Shown in pieces: positions 50,801 through 64,000 of a stretch of DNA of 64,000 nt. The translations under genes were made by a program, and so were the position numbers. The notes under the pieces are model-generated. The model saw only the letters and a list, made by a program, of their open reading frames with translations. It made no database searches and was not told the origin of the DNA. Numbering within the stretch: position 1 is the stretch's first letter; each line of letters opens with the position of its first letter. Source of the stretch: Amoebidium appalachense (Eukaryota > Protista > Ichthyosporea); contig CAVNZM010000017.1 of the NCBI GenBank assembly GCA_963693365.1, positions 62,001 to 126,000 of the forward strand, in the 5' to 3' direction.

Positions 50801-53787
50801 ACTGACTATGTGATTGAGACTCCTAAACACCCGGGGGTCCAAGCCTACACAGCAAGGACTCAACCACCCGCCGACCTCACCCTTTGGCACAACCGTCTCG
50901 GCCACCGTGCCCTCTCCACCGTCACCAGGATGGCCAAGGATGAGCTTGTCATCGGCATGCCCCCCTCCCTCAAGTCACCCGACAACAGTGACTGCTTCGG
51001 CTGCATGTCTGGCAAGACCACCAAAACCCCCTTTCCCGGCACCCGTTCCAAGTTCACCATTCCCGGTGCTAACTGAGTGGCACCTGGACTTCTTCGAAGC
51101 TCCCTGTGCTTCCTACGGAGGCTACAAGGTTGCTCTGGTGTGTGTTTGTGATGCCACCGGTTACACCACCGTGTTCCCCCTCTACAACCGTGGTGAAACC
51201 CTCAGCTACATTCAGTCTCTCGTTGAAACCATCGAACGTCAGACACCTGAGATCGTCACCCATCTTCGGTTTGACTCCGGCTCTGAGTTCACCTCCAAGG
51301 ACACCGAGGCCTACTGCAAGCAGAAAGGCATCATCATGGAGTTTGCCCCCGTCGACACACCACAGCACAACGGTGTTGTTGAACGGAAGATGAGAGAACT
51401 GCAAGAGACAGTCCGTTGCTTCCTCCATGCCGACAAGGACCAACCTCTCTCTCCCAAGTTGTGGGTTGCTGCTCTCAAGCATGCTGGCTACATCATCAAC
51501 GTCACACCGTCATCTGCTGCCAACGGCAACACTCCCTTCGAGGCCTTCCACGGCTTCAAACCCGACGTCTCCCAGCTCCACGTGTTCGGCTCCCCTGCCT
51601 ATGTGCATGTTCCCCGGTCAAAGAGGAACAAGCTGGCATCAACCGTCAGAGTCGGCACCTACGTCGGCTGGGACCTGCCCTCCAAGGCACACAAGATCCT
51701 CGACCATGCCAGCAACCAAATCAAGATCTGCCGTGATGTGATCTTCGACGAGTCAAAATTCACGAGCTGCACCAATCAGGTCCCCGTTCCCCCCAAACCC
51801 GATCTGCCGACATTAGACCCCCCCTCCGACGACGACGATGAAACTCCGTCTGTGGTCATCTCCCAACCGTCCTGGCACAACCAACCAGCCCCGGTTGAAC
51901 CCGTGCCTCCCCCGAGCCCCCCCCCCCACTGGCCAACAACCCTTGCTGCCGGCCCCCCCCGTTGCTGTGCATCAACCCGGCTACATGACTCCGGTTTGTC
52001 CTGGGTCCCCCACCTTCCACTCGGCCTCGAGCAGCCCTGTGGACACCGATGCCCCCCTCACCACCGGTCCTATTCCTGGCTTCCATGCCCCTGTCCCGGC
52101 CTCCACCACCTACCCGGCCACCACCCCCCTCAAGGACCCCCCCAAGCCCAACCTTCGTCGGTCTACACGTCTCACCAAGACTCCAACGGCACTGGTCAGC
52201 ATCACAGCACCGACCATCAACATTGACCAGCTCCCCAAGGGCATTCACAAGCTTTGCAACGGTCCCAACGGTGATGCCGTCATAGCTGCCCTCACCTCCG
52301 AGTACCAAGCCTTCATCACCAAGGATGTCTTCACCATTGTTGATCCCCCCCTGGTGCCAACATCATCAAGTTCAAGTGGATTGTGACTGAGAAAGTCCTC
52401 AACTCAGCCGGTGACACCAAGATCAAAACTCGTGGTGTTGCAAAGGGCTTCACTCAAGTCTACGGTGTTGACTACGGTGACACCTCTTCCCCCGTGGTGA
52501 TGTCCTCCTCCGTCCGTGCCCTCCTTCCCATCGGTGTGGACGGCAACCATGAGATTCATCAACTCGACGTCTCAACTGCCTTCCTCAACAGTCCTCTTCA
52601 AGCAGACATCTACATTGAGCCACCACCTGGCTTCATCACCCCCGGCAACGAGCACAAGGTCTGGAAACTTAAGAAGGCACTCTACGGCCTCAAGCAAGCA
52701 TCACTGGCATGGTATGAGTACTTCGACAAGGTCCTCCTTGCTCACGGTCTCGAACGTCTCCGTTCAGATCCATGTGTCTACATCAAGACCTTCCCCAACG
52801 GTGACATCATCCTCACTGGCAACTATGTGGACGACGTCATCATCATCTGCACGGCCAACTCTTCCCACACCAAGGATCTAGTAGACCACATCATGAAGTC
52901 AGCTCTCTGCAAGGTTGACCTTCCCGACATCTTCCTTGGCACCCAGCTCATCCACACCCCCGGTCACCTCAAGCTGCTTCAACAATCCTACATCAAAGAC
53001 ATCGTCAGAGACTTCAACCTAAACGATGCTCACCCCAAGGCTACTCCCATTCCCGTCGGCACCGTCATCACCATCAACGAGAACGACTCACCACCCATCA
53101 AGGTTCCCTACCGTGAACTACTCGGCCGTCTTTTGTGGGTTGCTCGTTGTTCCCGGCCCGACATCTCCTTTGCCATCGGCTACCTCGGTAGATTCAGTGC
53201 CAACCCCACCAAACTTGCATGGGAATCATGATGTCTACTCCGTGTAGTTCGGTACCTCATCGGCACTTCCAACCTCGGCCTTCACTACGACAAGTCTGCA
53301 TCCGACGACAACACCCCCTTGCTGGAGTGTTATTCTGATGCTGACTTTGCCAACTGCCCCAACACCCGTCGTTCAACCACCGGATACGTCATCTTCTTCA
53401 AGGGCATACCCATCACATGGTATTCGAAGCTGCAGTCCATCACGGCAACATCCACCACCGAGGCTGAGCTTCTAGCCATCAATGCTGCTGTTCAAAACGT
53501 CATCTGGCACCGTGATCTCCTCCGTGAACTCGGCTACCCGATGACCGACCCCACCCCCGTCTACTGTGACAACCAGTCCACCATTGCCCTCCTGCACACC
53601 AACAGCATCAAGCACCGGACCAAACACATTGCAGTCCGGTACCACAACACGAAGGACTACATCAAGAGTGGGGATGTGGTCGTCACCTACGTGTCCAGCA
53701 AAGACAACGTGGCTGACATCTTCACCAAGCCCCTGCCCGGGCCCTCCCACGAGCAGCACCGTGATTCACTCAGTCTTCGTGACTGAG

Positions 53788-53830
<43 letters not shown>

Positions 53831-55822
53831 TCATCTACAGTGGTCTTCAAGTAGGTTGGGGCACTGGCCAGTGGTCTACACATCACCGTGTAGAGACACC
53901 TCCCAACGAAAGTCTACTGCTGTCTTCATCGATCTCCAGTGTGTGCATCTTCAGTGGGGATTTCTTCTCCACCATCCGTCGTTTATTTATATACCATCAT
54001 ATACTATATAATGTATAAATCATTAGCCATCAACACGTCACACATACACTAGTTGTTTCTTATATATATATTTATATATCGTCATTGGCTACCGTCATCT
54101 TCCGAGTCTTCAGAGGCAACCGTCGTTGTGTGCTTCTTCCGTTTGGTTTTCTTTCCCGGCTTGCACCTTCAAGTCTTCTCCAATTGTCTTCTCGAGTGGG
54201 GAAACTTGACTGTGACTTCACGGCACCTGCTTCTACATGTGTGAGAGTCTTAACATCAACAGTCACATCAACAAACTTCACGAGAACCCAACTTCCAACC
54301 CTTGAGTGGGGATGTCATCTTAACTTGATTCTCAGCAAGACTTAGAAGTTGAGTTTTGTATTTATTTATTAGTTGTTGTAGTTTGTTTCCTTTTCCTTTC
54401 TTCATTTCTTTCTTTCTTTTCTGTTTCCGTGTACACGACATCTTAGATCTGTGTACGTATCGACATACTTAGCTCGCGCACACGTATTGTCGTTTGCGTC
54501 AAAATCTATATATGTCATCCAATCATATCTCGTTTGTATTTTCCCAAGTATAGTAACTTACATTCCTTTCTCATTCCTTTCTCACGACGTAGCATTGTGC
54601 TATGTTCTTCAACTATTAGGAATAGTTATATTTAGACGTGTTATGATAAGAACATGTATAAATGTATGTTATGAATTAATAGTTGCATAAGTGGTTTCAT
54701 TTTGTTAAATGTTTCCGCGCTTTTATTACTAGAAGTTTCTTTCATTAGAGGATTGAGTTTTATATTCTATGTGTCGACAGACATTTTAATCGATATATTT
54801 TACACTCATAGTTTTCGTTCTTTTGATTGGTTTATCGTTCCCAAGTATAAAAGGGACCTCATCTTGAAATAAATCACAAGCAGTCGTATTCATTTCCTAT
54901 GGTTCCAGAAATCGTTCCTCCTCTCCGGTTGTGTTTTTCCCGTGTGTCTCTGTGTTGTGTATATCATAACACCCATCTGTGCTCTCTGCTTCTCCGTTTA
55001 CCCACACAAAATAACACACACACACACACATACACACACACACACACACACAGGACCCTCTCTGTGCCCATCTTCGATGAGGTGTGCGCTAAGATTCGGC
55101 AAAATGTCAACGGCACGTGTGCTGTCTATGGCTGCACGTCTGATATGGAGGTGGGTGGAGGGAGAGAGTGTTGAGCAACATCGGAGTTAGGTAAAGGGGG
55201 TTTGTTTTAGGGATCCGGGTCGGGTCGCAAAGGTTAAAGTGGCTTGTTTTGGGGATCCGGGTCGGGGCGCAAAAAGTGATTAACTCTTTGTGATTGGCGA
55301 GATGCTCATCAAACAGCATTTTGGCCTGACCTGAAAGAGCCTTGAATGTGGCCTATGAGAACCCTCTGTGATGTGTGTGTAGGTGTGTGGGATGGTAGAA
55401 GGGGGTGGGGGCCGGGAGGGGGGTGGAGGGGGTGGAGGGGGGGGGGGGGGGGGATGGGGAAGCCACCTGCACAACCATGGATGTGTCACAAGTATGTGTT
55501 GTGCCCTTTCTGTCTTATAGATACTGTATACGCTTAGGCATAGACAGAGAAGTCTCCTGTACAAAACCACACATACGCACACGTGCACATACTCAGCACC
55601 CTTATGTGTACTCGTACATGTGCGCATATGCTTGTACACACACATTCAAATGAGATATGCTTGTACACACACATTCAAATGAGATATGCTTGTACCCGCA
55701 CCCCCATGCAGGCACAGGTGTGTGCCCATACACACACACATACACTCAGGTTCCCGCACGCAGGCGTGCACACACACACACACTCACACTCACACTCACA
55801 CTCACACACACAAACACACACG

Positions 55823-55871
<49 letters not shown>

Positions 55872-56176
55872 ACACACACACACACACACACACACACAGC
55901 TCAACATCGGCTATCCCCCCGTCGTCAATCCGGAGAGGGAGTTTGAACATATCATTCGGATCGGGTCGAAGGTGGTTGGCCCGGACCGTGTTGGCCCGAC
56001 ATCAGACCTTCCTTTTATGGGTGCTGAAGATTTCTCATACTTCTTGCAGGTACGTAGCAAAATCTTTCAAGACTACACATATTTATTGCAAACACTGTTT
56101 CACACTCCCCCCCCCCCCCCCCCCCCTCCCTCCCCCCCCCCCTCACCCTGTCTTTTTTTCTCCCTGTTTCCCTCCG

Positions 56177-56255
<79 letters not shown>

Positions 56256-56565
56256 CCCCTCCCCCCCCTCCACCCTTTCCCCCCCCCCCACACACATACA
56301 CACACACTCTCTCTCTCACTCTCTTTCGCTCTCCCACTTCTCACACACTCTCTCCCTCACACAGGAGCGTCCAGGCTGCTTTTTCTTTGTGGGCACACAC
56401 GACGGCACGTCACCCCCCGCCGTGCTCCACAACCCCCACTACAATTTCAACGACAAAGCCCTCCCTGTCGCCGCACAAATGTTCGTCCGATTGGCCGAAG
56501 ACAGGTTGGGCGTGTCTCTCTATGAGGATTTGAACACGGTGTTGCCCTTGCCTGACTTTAAATGA
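47546..56565 (+). CDS. Peptidase M20D-type amidohydrolase (hippuricase/IAA-amino acid hydrolase-like), C-terminal half only
   Basis: Exons 47546(or 47551)-47687, 55054-55150, 55900-56049 and 56365-56565 are phase-consistent. Motifs [66 protein letters not shown]. No N-terminal exons found in the window. Confidence 0.85.
49406..51076 (+). CDS. Copia gag-protease-GAG-pre-integrase region
   Basis: Zinc knuckle [13 protein letters not shown], protease [17 protein letters not shown]...CFGC. Confidence 0.9.
   Translation: MTDKPSYINLPIWNPSEKRDEKRLNYFEWEPLIHRFIRTTIAEKFVDAIKRPQWVDGAEANQWLGYATKDSYKKASDVLDQILNQSVHPTELYDSGRMQDGVHGGEVFHNLRMAYVAEKEARVTQIQVTFEELELRDYPNVTAYLTRLQRLATTLACLDEPVQHKDVVRKFFLHLRKNTALVCSDIERLCSDYCQWMNNKAYPSFNQLISDIRGAEIRAGLIDAGTGATVNHRPLRALQSRVLPPGDLRNRIPRREHTPHRSPSRSRDPRPSSKSPGPRSTSPYHRGNRDNRNRQHNTKKVECSYCHEPHHITACPEPGCTVARRAKQEKGDKSVKFALISSTGTPDSNDPVWDSACNAHICPIKEYFSSLTPCPPTPIHGLGTVNAKQRGIINMTLHYNGQPTQCSINAYYVPESPSFLVSTSMASAAGLLGHCDDTDNHPSFLYSRNGDIISDLTPLDGLYYITDYVIETPKHPGVQAYTARTQPPADLTLWHNRLGHRALSTVTRMAKDELVIGMPPSLKSPDNSDCFGCMSGKTTKTPFPGTRSKFTIPGAN
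51074..51940 (+). CDS. Copia integrase core (frameshifted relative to gag-PR)
   Basis: [44 protein letters not shown]. Confidence 0.88.
52383..53786 (+). CDS. Copia reverse transcriptase + RNase H (in-frame TGA at 53229-53231)
   Basis: [32 protein letters not shown]; RNase H YSDADFA, STTEAE, CDNQS, ADIFTK. ORFs 52383..53231 and 53319..53786 share a frame. Confidence 0.9.
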
Positions 56566-57016
56566 GCGTTGGTTTAATGGTTAGGCTGACTTAACATGAT
56601 CGTCGGTTTAATTGTGCGGGTGATGTTGTTGTGGCCGGCTGGGATGTGAGGTGAACAAGTGGGAAAGAATGAGTGGGTTTTTTGGGTAGCGGTCTGTGGT
56701 GGCAAATTTTGGTGTTATTTATGTGAGTTGGTGTGTTCTAGGTCGTGTAAAGATGATGAATTGGTAAAATATTTAACGTGGTTCAGAAAGGATATGAGAT
56801 GAGTTGATGTCACGAAATTTTAGTTTTAGTTGCGATGTTTTGTTAAAGTGAGTTCTCGACTGTGCGAAGAAGCTGAGAATTTGGAGGGTTGTGAGTTCCA
56901 GTGTGCCTGTTTTCGATTTTTTTCGGCTATTTTTGATCTGTCGTGTATTGGTAATGTAATATCCTACCTAGACCCCACCCTCCCCCGCGCCCCTCCTCCC
57001 CCCAACACACACACTT

Positions 57017-57098
<82 letters not shown>

Positions 57099-57146
57099 GC
57101 ACGCACGCACGCACGCACGCACACACATGCGCACACGCACACACAC

Positions 57147-57261
<115 letters not shown>

Positions 57262-57895
57262 AGGCATCCCTCACTGGTACTCGCACGATCATTTGCACAC
57301 ATATCAGGTAGTTTTGCCGCAGGAAATAGTTTTTCTGTACACTTTTGCATAATTTTAATTTTTAAGTTTCGTGTTCGTGTTTAAAATTTAATAAGGGATT
57401 TTCCAGAGGTGAACGGCAAAAGTTGGAGCTTAAGCATGAATTATTCTATGCTGATATGGGTGTGTGTTGTGCAAGGGAAAGAAGTTCGTTTTTAGACTTA
57501 GAGCTTTAAAACAATATTTATCAGCAGCAGGGTTTTAAAGCCTCGTTTTCATTGGCAGATGTGTATATGTAATTTACGGATGAAGTGTGAGCAAATCAGG
57601 TAAGCTGCCGGTACGGCGTAGTAATTAAGTTTGAGTAGAGTGTGATGCTATGGTGGCCAATATTGAAAAGTCATGCCATAATACACGTACAAAGTGTGCA
57701 CGTGATTAGTAGTCCGGACACACCTGCACACGTGCACACACACACACACACATACCGTGATCCCGTTGCACACGCAAACAAACACGTGTACACACACCGT
57801 CACACGTACAGACGTCACACTGCAACGAAACACAGACGCACACACTAATATGTAGTCACTGGGTCACACACACACAACGGTTACCACGCACGCAT

Positions 57896-57957
<62 letters not shown>

Positions 57958-57991
57958 ACACACAACACACACTGGCACGCGTGTCACGTGC

Positions 57992-58031
<40 letters not shown>

Positions 58032-59906
58032 ACACACACATGACATGGTACATACACACGTGCACCGTGACACACACACACACATGTGCACACACACGTA
58101 CACATATGCATGCACACACACACGCACACACACACGCACACACACGTGCGCGCACACACACACACGTGCACCTGGTCCACACACACACACACACACACAC
58201 ACAAACCACTGCACCGCACGTACCGGCACCTTCCCCGCTCGCTTGCAACCGGCAACCCCTAGCTAGGCAAGCTAAGGCTTCGTGAATGTGCACCCGGGGC
58301 ATGGCCAATATCATAACAATCCGGCAGTGCATAAATACAATAATATCCGATAATTGTGACTGGGCGACTGCCGCGTGACGTCAGCTGCTTACTATTATTG
58401 GAACCCATAGTATAGTATTATCAAATTCACGTTGGTAAGCAAGATATATTAAGTTAGTAACGTAAGCAATAAAAATGATCAAAATATAACTAAAATTGTT
58501 ATGAAGTGAACAGTGCTCTATGCAATGCCGTCATCCGCTGGCCGCCGTGACCACGGGCCACATAATCATTTTATCTCCGGTGTCTGCCAGAGCGGATAAA
58601 GTGATCACGTGACAAAACAAAGACGTTGATTAGCTCGGAGCGCATCAAATGTTTCCGATTGGTTGAACGCGCATCTGGTTCCCATGCGGGCCAGTTAACG
58701 TTGGCCAGCCATAAAAAACAAGCAAGAAGGAGAGCACACAGCCTGCGCAGGCATGCGCATACGCACACACGCACACGTACGTGTAAGGGGTGAAAGAGGC
58801 GGGAATATAGACGCGCACGGTTCACAGCCACGTTTGATTCCTGTTAGGAGCCAAAGGTAAGCGATAATGGGTGCGTTTTGCAGTAGTTGTTTTGGAGGAA
58901 GGGGTGGTACCATATTCTGTTCACATGAAAAGATGGTTCCGAGAATGCTTGATTTCGGTAACAGCAGGATTCCTTAATAACCATTAGGTTGATAGTATAA
59001 TTGAGATTGGTTCTAATTTCTGAGGTTAGTTCTAGGAGAACAGATTCAGTGGTGCTCTGGTGCTGGGTTTCCGCTTGTAAGGAAGAGAGAGAGCAGACTG
59101 TTTTGGTGATGTTTTTGTTACAACGTTGTTTAGTCTTAGAAGAAACCAACACACCCACATACACGCCCGCGCACACACACACGTACACACACGCACACAC
59201 GCGCATACACACACACACACACACACACACACATACGCAGTTACACTTACACACAGGGCCACGGCATGCTCGCAAAAGCAAACACAGTCGTACACACACA
59301 GGAGGATGTATAAGTACAAATAAGCAGATAACTTGGGTGTGTGCACACACGAAGACAAACATTAACACACAAACATAGCGAAAAAGCAGTATTTGCCAGC
59401 TATGGGGCTAGCTGCCTGATGTTTACATCTTGCATTATAGGAAAGATGCCTGCTTTGCAACATTCATACTTACCCCTAAGCCTACACTATTACCCCCCAT
59501 TTTCCTGCCCTCACCCTGCACCCACGCCCCATTTCTCCACCACTTTTGTGAAAAATAGGTGTAGAAATCTTAGGGGTAGCCTGTTTGCCACAACTATCAT
59601 CAGCCGGGCTCTGACGTACCACAAGCCTCCTGTTCATACACCACACTCTTGCTCGGCTCTTCCCCACTTGGTTACTTGTTCTCTCTCTCTTTTCTGCCCT
59701 CCCCCACCCACCCCATCATCTCCCCGACTCGAACTTCGCCGACCTTACCCTCCACATCCTCCCCCGAGCTCATAACCTTCCCCAGCTTATTCCCCCTCCG
59801 CTTTGCTTTTTTCAACCCACTCACTCAATCATATCCACACAGGCCAAACACTCCGACCAGCCAACTTTCACCCCTCGTTCGCATCATCCTTCGCAATCAC
59901 ACAAAC

Positions 59907-60112
59907 ATGGAGTCCCCCAAGGTCAACGGTCGTCTGGACCTTTCCAAGCCCCACTGGGAGCAGAGCACCTACCTTGGCCGCGCCAAGCATTTCTTCAATG
60001 TCACTGATCCCCGCACGGTGCTTGCCTCTGACAAGGAGCTTGATGATGCAAAGGCGCTTGTGGAGGCGTACAAGAACGGCACTGAGCCTGCTGGAACAAC
60101 TGATGAGCAGGT

Positions 60113-60151
<39 letters not shown>

Positions 60152-60364
60152 TGTGTGTGTGCGTCTATGTGTGTGTATGGTGGCTGGAAAGGGGGATAAT
60201 GGGGTGGGTGTGGGTGAGTGGGCGTGTGTATATGTGTATGGTGGTTGGTGGTGGGTAGGGGGATGTGGGCCGGTGAGTGGGTGGGTGCGCACGTGTGTGT
60301 ATTTGTTTACGCTCACGGACACGTGTCAAGCTATGTGGGGGTGTGAGTGTCTCTTCCCCGCTCA

Positions 60365-60404
<40 letters not shown>

Positions 60405-60902
60405 CCCTAATTCCCGATGGGGTTCTTGTGCTATATCTCTATCACGCGCACTCACACACACTCTCTCTTTCTCTCTCGCTCTGTCTCTCTCTCACTCCCT
60501 CCCTCCCTCCTCTCCTCCCTCCCCCCCCCCCCCCCCCCCTCTTTCCCTTCCTCTTCCTGTCTCCCCTGCCCCCCCTTCTACCCCCCCACTTCCTGTCTTC
60601 TCCTTCGTAATTGTGTACTTTGTATGCTGTATATAACATTTTTAACCCCCCCCCCCCCCCCCCCCTCCCCCGCTTCCAGCCACTAACAGCATACCCCCTT
60701 CTTTCAGGTGTGGGCAGCTAAGAAGCTGTACGACAGTGCCTTCCACCCGCAGACGGGGGAGAAGCAGTTCATTCTGGGCAGAATGTCCTTCCAGGTCCCT
60801 GGCAACATGCTTATCTCGGGTAGGCATGCACGTGCACATGCACACACACACACACATATAACGTAAGGTAAGAGGAACACACAAACACCTACACACACAC
60901 GC

Positions 60903-60942
<40 letters not shown>

Positions 60943-61019
60943 ACACACACACAAACACAGGAATAAGAGACAGGCAAGCAGGCAACCAGACAGATGCACA
61001 CAAAGCCTAAGAGAAGGGT

Positions 61020-61087
<68 letters not shown>

Positions 61088-61199
61088 CTAGGGTCAAGGA
61101 GTGAGAGATCTGATGGAGGGTGAGAGAGAGGGATAGGCAGAGAGAGATGTAACGAAGGGGAGGGAGAAACAGGGAGAACACCAGGATTTTGTGCTGGAG

Positions 61200-61232
<33 letters not shown>

Positions 61233-61867
61233 GGTGGGGAAGGGGGGGGGGGAGGGGGTGGGAAGGGGGGAGGGGGCAGGGGGGGGCGGGGGAAAGAGGA
61301 GATGTTTCATTAGCTTCAGGGTCTGGAAGCTCCTCCGGGAGGGTGGGGGGAGGGGGAGGGTGGGGAAAGAGGTGCCTTGTACGTAATGTCAGCGCTTGCA
61401 TCATACCCCCCTCCCCCCCCTTTTCCCGGTCGTGAAACTTACCTTCTTCTCCCCGGCCCCCTCTCTCTCCACCCACCCCCCCCCCCCCCTCCCCTCCCCC
61501 CTCCAGGCGGAATGTTGGCCTTCTACCGCTCCACCCCGGCTGTCATCTTCTGGCAGGTTTGTACCTCTTACCCCCCCCCCGTCCCCCCCCCCCCCAAAAA
61601 AAAAAAAAAAAAAAAAAAACACAACCAACGAAAGCAAAAAAAAAAACCCTTTACCTTATTATGCATACTCTTTGTGTGACCTTTGAAGCATTGTAATGCC
61701 CGGATATGATTGTGCTTGTCTTCTTCAACACATTCTATCCCCCCCCCCCCCCCCCCGAGGATGGGCTCTGCTTATTATGCATACTCTTTATGTATGGCTT
61801 GCATTCTGCATCGTGTTATCCGTTTGTTCTTGTGTGCTTCGTACTTTTTGACGCATTCAAACCCCCC

Positions 61868-61899
<32 letters not shown>

Positions 61900-62342
61900 A
61901 CACACACACACATACCCTGACCACTTCCACACACACACACCGACCCCCCCCCCCCCCCCCCCATGCAACCGGGCATGGTTGCTCTGTGTCGTGCATCTGT
62001 AAGCACATACGTGTTTGTCGCTGCACTGCATTAGTTTGCACACACATCTTCACCGCTTTGCTCACCTTGCTTGCATAAGCAACCCTGCTCGTCTTTGATC
62101 AAGACGGGTTGACCCACCCAAGTTCAGTTGATGCTGCTGTCTAAGTTGGAGCGTCGTATATACGCGGGCTAAGGGGCCGAAACTCAGACGCAATTGATGA
62201 CTTGGGCCCTCCCTGAGGATGGGCTCTGCTTATGATGCATACTGTGCGCATGGCTGATGCTGCATACTTGAATGTTTGCCTTTGCATGTGTCCTGCACCA
62301 TGCTTCTCATCGTGTATGCGTACTTCGTGGTGTTCCGCATTC

Positions 62343-62379
<37 letters not shown>

Positions 62380-63094
62380 CCTGCTCCTCCTCCGCCTCTA
62401 CCACTTATGCACCCACGCACACACATCCACGTGCACAGTGGTTGAACCAGAGTTTCAACTGCATCGTCAACTACACCAACCGCAACGCAAGTGCCGGCAT
62501 CACCAACGAGCAACTGGCACAGGCCTATGCGGCCGCATGCGGTGCGTCCGTTGTTACGGCCGTGGGGTTGAACAAGTTGGTCGCTAGGAGCCCTAAGCTG
62601 GCTGGCGGCCTCGTTGGAAGGTGCGTGTGTGTGTGGGGGGGGGGGGGGGGGGGGGGGGGGGAGGGGGGAGGGTGGAGGGGGGTTGTTGTGCAAATGAGCA
62701 AGGATGCATGTATGCAAAACACAATTGGGCTACGCGGTGCAACACGCGCATGCACTCACAACACACAAATAAAGGCACACGAATGCTCACTCACACACAC
62801 ACACACGTACACACAAACACACACATGCATGCATGCATGTATGCATGCACACACACAGACAGGCACACAAACACTAAGACAGAGACACCCACATGCAAAC
62901 ACATACGGGCGTGTGCACACACGCACACACGGGAATACAAGTTAAACTGTATTCCAAAACCGTATCCTCCTTACAGCACAAAGTGTCTCACCACTACCCC
63001 TTCCCCTCCCCGTCCCCCTCTCTCTTCATTTCCTTCCTCACTCGCTACACCATCAAATGTGTTTCTCACGCCTATGACACTCCCCCCCCCCCCC

Positions 63095-63125
<31 letters not shown>

Positions 63126-63703
63126 TTCCCTCGCTACATTTGCAATCCTCTACCCTATTGCACCATTATCGCATGTCACACCACTAAATTTCATTTCCGT
63201 CTCTCAGAGCCACATTATCAACGTAAATCCCACCTCCTAACTATCTCCTTAAAAACTATAGGCTGGTTCCCTTTGTAGCTGTAGCAGTAGCCAACTGCAT
63301 CAATGTATATTTCCCACCTATTCCATCATCATATATCCTACCGCTATCTCATTAATTCCATCCTCTATCCCCTTACCATCAACACATATCTTATCTTACG
63401 CCTATCTATCGGCTCCCCGCCCCCCTCCTTCCCTCCCCCCCTCCCCCTGCGTCCCCTGCTCTGCTTTTCAAACATAACCTTTGGTTTGCACATTCTAACC
63501 ACCCCCCCCCCCCCCCCCCCCTCCTAGCGGGCTCCTCCCCCCCTGCTCCCCCCCTTACAGACTGGTTTCCTTTTTAGCCGTTACACAACCCACCACGCCT
63601 TCAATGTATATTTCACCCTTTTCAACCTAAAATATCTCACCACTACCTCTGTGTTTCCATGTCTCATATTCACACCATCACCACCTACCTCACCTCCTAA
63701 CTA

Positions 63704-63736
<33 letters not shown>

Positions 63737-63894
63737 TATACAGGCTGGTTCCCTTTGTAGCTGTGGCCGCCGCCAACTGTGTCAACATTCCCCTCATGCG
63801 TCAGCGTGAGCTGGTGGGTGGTATCACGGTGAGCACAAAGGAGGGTGAGCCTGTGACGGATAGCAAGGAGGCTGCAAAGATGGCCGTGGCTCAG
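59907..63894 (+). CDS. SFXN: Sideroflexin (SFXN1/3-like mitochondrial transporter), 5' part, continues off the right edge
   Basis: Exons 59907-60110, 60708-60819, 61507-61556, 62439-62620 and 63744-63894 are phase-consistent. Motifs [82 protein letters not shown]. Confidence 0.95.
61757..62344 (+). repeat. Dispersed intronic repeat, copy 2 (two segments)
   Basis: Matches 9472-9540 and 9570-9717. Confidence 0.75.
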
Positions 63895-63930
63895 GTGTGT
63901 GGGTGTGGGTGTACATGGGTGTACATGGGG

Positions 63931-63961
<31 letters not shown>

Positions 63962-64000
63962 GGAGCGTATATGTGTGTGTGTGGTTGTTTGGGTGTCTGT

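Larger units (their letters stand above)
48634..55016 (+). mobile_element. Full-length Ty1/copia LTR retrotransposon in an M20 gene intron
   Basis: 5' LTR 48634-49329 (696 bp) and 3' LTR 54313-55016 (704 bp), TG..CA, differing by a 15-bp and a 7-bp indel and a few substitutions. TSD CACAC, PBS-like GGTTTACGGCCC at 49330, PPT GAGTGGGGA. Domain order gag-PR-IN-RT-RH. Confidence 0.95.

Noticed and set aside
40276-52308. Long alternative-frame and antisense ORFs over Ngaro and copia
   Set aside because: Shadows of GC3-rich coding sequence; only the 3' end of 40276..41232 may be the start of pol.
58741-58760. NRF1-like GCATGCGCA sites upstream of mitochondrial genes (also ~4543)
   Set aside because: Such purine-pyrimidine alternations are very common in this sequence; not distinguishable from chance.

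Overview
Eukaryotic genomic DNA, intron-rich and full of (CA/GT)n, (GA)n and poly-C/G runs. It is probably from a unicellular opisthokont, but the taxon cannot be fixed from sequence. Most short ORFs in the track are microsatellite noise. Manual splicing recovers four host genes: a RidA/YjgF-family gene (minus, runs off the left edge), a complete 11-exon SLC25A44-like mitochondrial carrier (316 aa), the 3' half only of an M20 amidohydrolase, and a sideroflexin (runs off the right edge). A ~31 kb accessory island lies between the carrier and the M20 fragment. Its core is a ~20 kb gene of 11-12 exons encoding a ParB-like N-terminal region fused to a prokaryote/phage-type beta-class DNA amino (N6A/N4C) methyltransferase with a non-canonical DPPG motif IV. 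This gene carries a solo LTR in exon 1, a 5.7 kb TIR element with its own orphan spliced gene in the intron that splits the catalytic domain, and a palindromic 48-bp array in its last intron. It is followed by an apparently young, complete Ngaro-type tyrosine-recombinase retrotransposon. A full-length Ty1/copia element sits in an M20 intron. All family calls come from motif recognition, not database searches.
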